DNA from: Vicugna vicugna
Taxonomy: Eukaryota
Assembly (NCBI GenBank): GCA_013265495.1
Contig: MU061538.1
Coordinates: forward strand, 2,375,339 to 2,439,338
Length of the DNA: 64,000 bases
Direction: 5' to 3'
Shown: positions 62,521 through 64,000 of the stretch, one piece after another
Numbering within the stretch: position 1 is the stretch's first letter
Layout: every line of letters begins with the position of its first letter
Notes under the pieces: model-generated
Databases searched by the model: none
What the model saw: only the letters and a program-made list of their open reading frames with translations
What the model was told of the DNA's origin: nothing
Program-made: the position numbers and the translations under genes

Positions 62521-64000
62521 GCAGACCCCGCCCCACGCCTGCCACCCGTCTCCCGCCTGCAGTCCTTCACTCGTTCATAGCAGTCTGCTCAAGGTCTAGC
62601 CCTCCTCTGCACTGGAACCTCCACGCTTCATTCATGCTAAATTCTCTGTCTAATGGATGCAAATAAGTGCTCAGTAAACACACGCTCACATTTAGTGTGT
62701 GATTTCAGAGAGATCTGCGCGCACTGAGAGATCTCGAGGCTGCGGGGCGGAGAAGGCGGTGAGAAAGCGTGACATGAACAGACGGCGGGTCTCCACTGTG
62801 TCGGAAAAGCGTCGCCACCTTTAGCCCAGAAAACCGGGGCGAGCAGAAAACCCGTGGCCGCGTCTGAACAGCGAGGCCCGACCGAGGCTGATTTCTCACT
62901 GTCCTTGCAGCTAATCAAGCCTGCGGAAACAGCATCACCAAATTGACTAAACAGAGATTTTCAATTAACTCAAACAGATGGCTTAAATTTTCCAGGTGAC
63001 TTTCCACATTAATTCAGAGAGTTGGCTGGACTAGGCCCCAGGGGGCTTGGCGGGGACAGGGCTGGAAGGAAACAATGAAACACGTGGGTCTTCAGGAGAG
63101 CAGACAAAGCCAGCGTCAGAAATTTCTTCTTTCCCAGCGAAAAACGCCGCCAGCCAAACTGAGCAGACCCCTCGACCAGCACAGACTGGGGGCCGCTCCC
63201 CACAGAGGGGCCGCAGGGGACTCAGGCCTCGGGACCGGCCACACGAGTGAACGGGGGCCTCTCCGGTGGGCGCCGGGCCTGCTCTGTCCCCTCAGGACCC
63301 TACAGCACTTCACACGTCACCAGGGGGCGGGGGGAGAGCTGAAAGCCCCTCCTGGCATCTGCGGAGGCCCCGACTTCCGGGCTGCGGGCGGCGGGTCCCA
63401 CCCGGGGCGGCAGCAGAAGCACCACAGGTGAAGACCGCACCATCACAGACCAGTGGGACCACGTGCCTGCGTGTGTGTCCCGGCACTGGGCCCGTGGAGG
63501 GGCCAGACTGGCTGAGCCCACGGCTCCTGCCCTTCTGGGAGCTTCGGGAAGCTACGAACCAGGCGGGGTTCTGTAACTGAATAGGGGAAGACTCGGGCTC
63601 CAGCTGTGGCAAAACGTGGGCTGGGTATTTGCTGAGACTCAGGACGGACCGTTCCTGCCTTAACCCACTTGTAGATGCTCAGGATCTCAATTCCCTCCTC
63701 TTCTCCGAGACTCCCGCCAGTTTTCTCAGCAGAGAGAGGCTTAATGATGATAAAAGTGGGCTCTGGAGGGAGGATCGGCCCCCAGGCTGCCTGAACTTTG
63801 GGATGAAATGAGGCTGACACTCAGACCACTTCACTTGGATGGATCTCACCCAGCGGTTTTGAGCAGAAAATGAAATCCACCTAAATCAGTCGTTAGTAAC
63901 AAGACAGTCACCTCTGTCCACATGTCCCACCAATGACATGGTTGTTACCTTACCAACTGGGAGCCCCGCTTCTTGGAACAGGACCCACCACTCACCCCTG

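Noticed and set aside
47463-64000. DPP6 exon 10 ([24 protein letters not shown]...)
   Set aside because: Not found by eye in this interval; presumably beyond position 64000.

Overview
Mammalian genomic DNA, most likely camelid (inferred from tRNA-derived SINEs of the vic-1 type). The window lies inside the DPP6 gene (dipeptidyl peptidase-like 6, the catalytically inactive Kv4 potassium-channel auxiliary subunit) on the minus strand. Seven internal coding exons, equivalent to human exons 11-17 (124, 39, 108, 92, 48, 119 and 48 nt), have canonical AG/GT boundaries and join in one reading frame. The flanking exons (10 and 18) were not found and presumably lie outside the window. The rest is intron: SINE, L1, HAL1-like, MIR, MaLR, ERV1-LTR and hAT relics, several minisatellites, a 372-bp tandem duplication next to exon 12, and a 10-N gap inside a CpG-dense patch. 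Nearly all other ORFs in the track look like chance products of GC-rich DNA. I found no convincing undescribed biological system. The most notable signals are a strong AT-to-GC substitution bias, the mosaic 372-bp duplication, an ERV1 solo LTR with its target-site duplication lying antisense to DPP6, and a few speculative splicing or regulatory elements. Repeat family names and human DPP6 comparisons come from recall of consensus sequences, not from database searches, and repeat boundaries are approximate.
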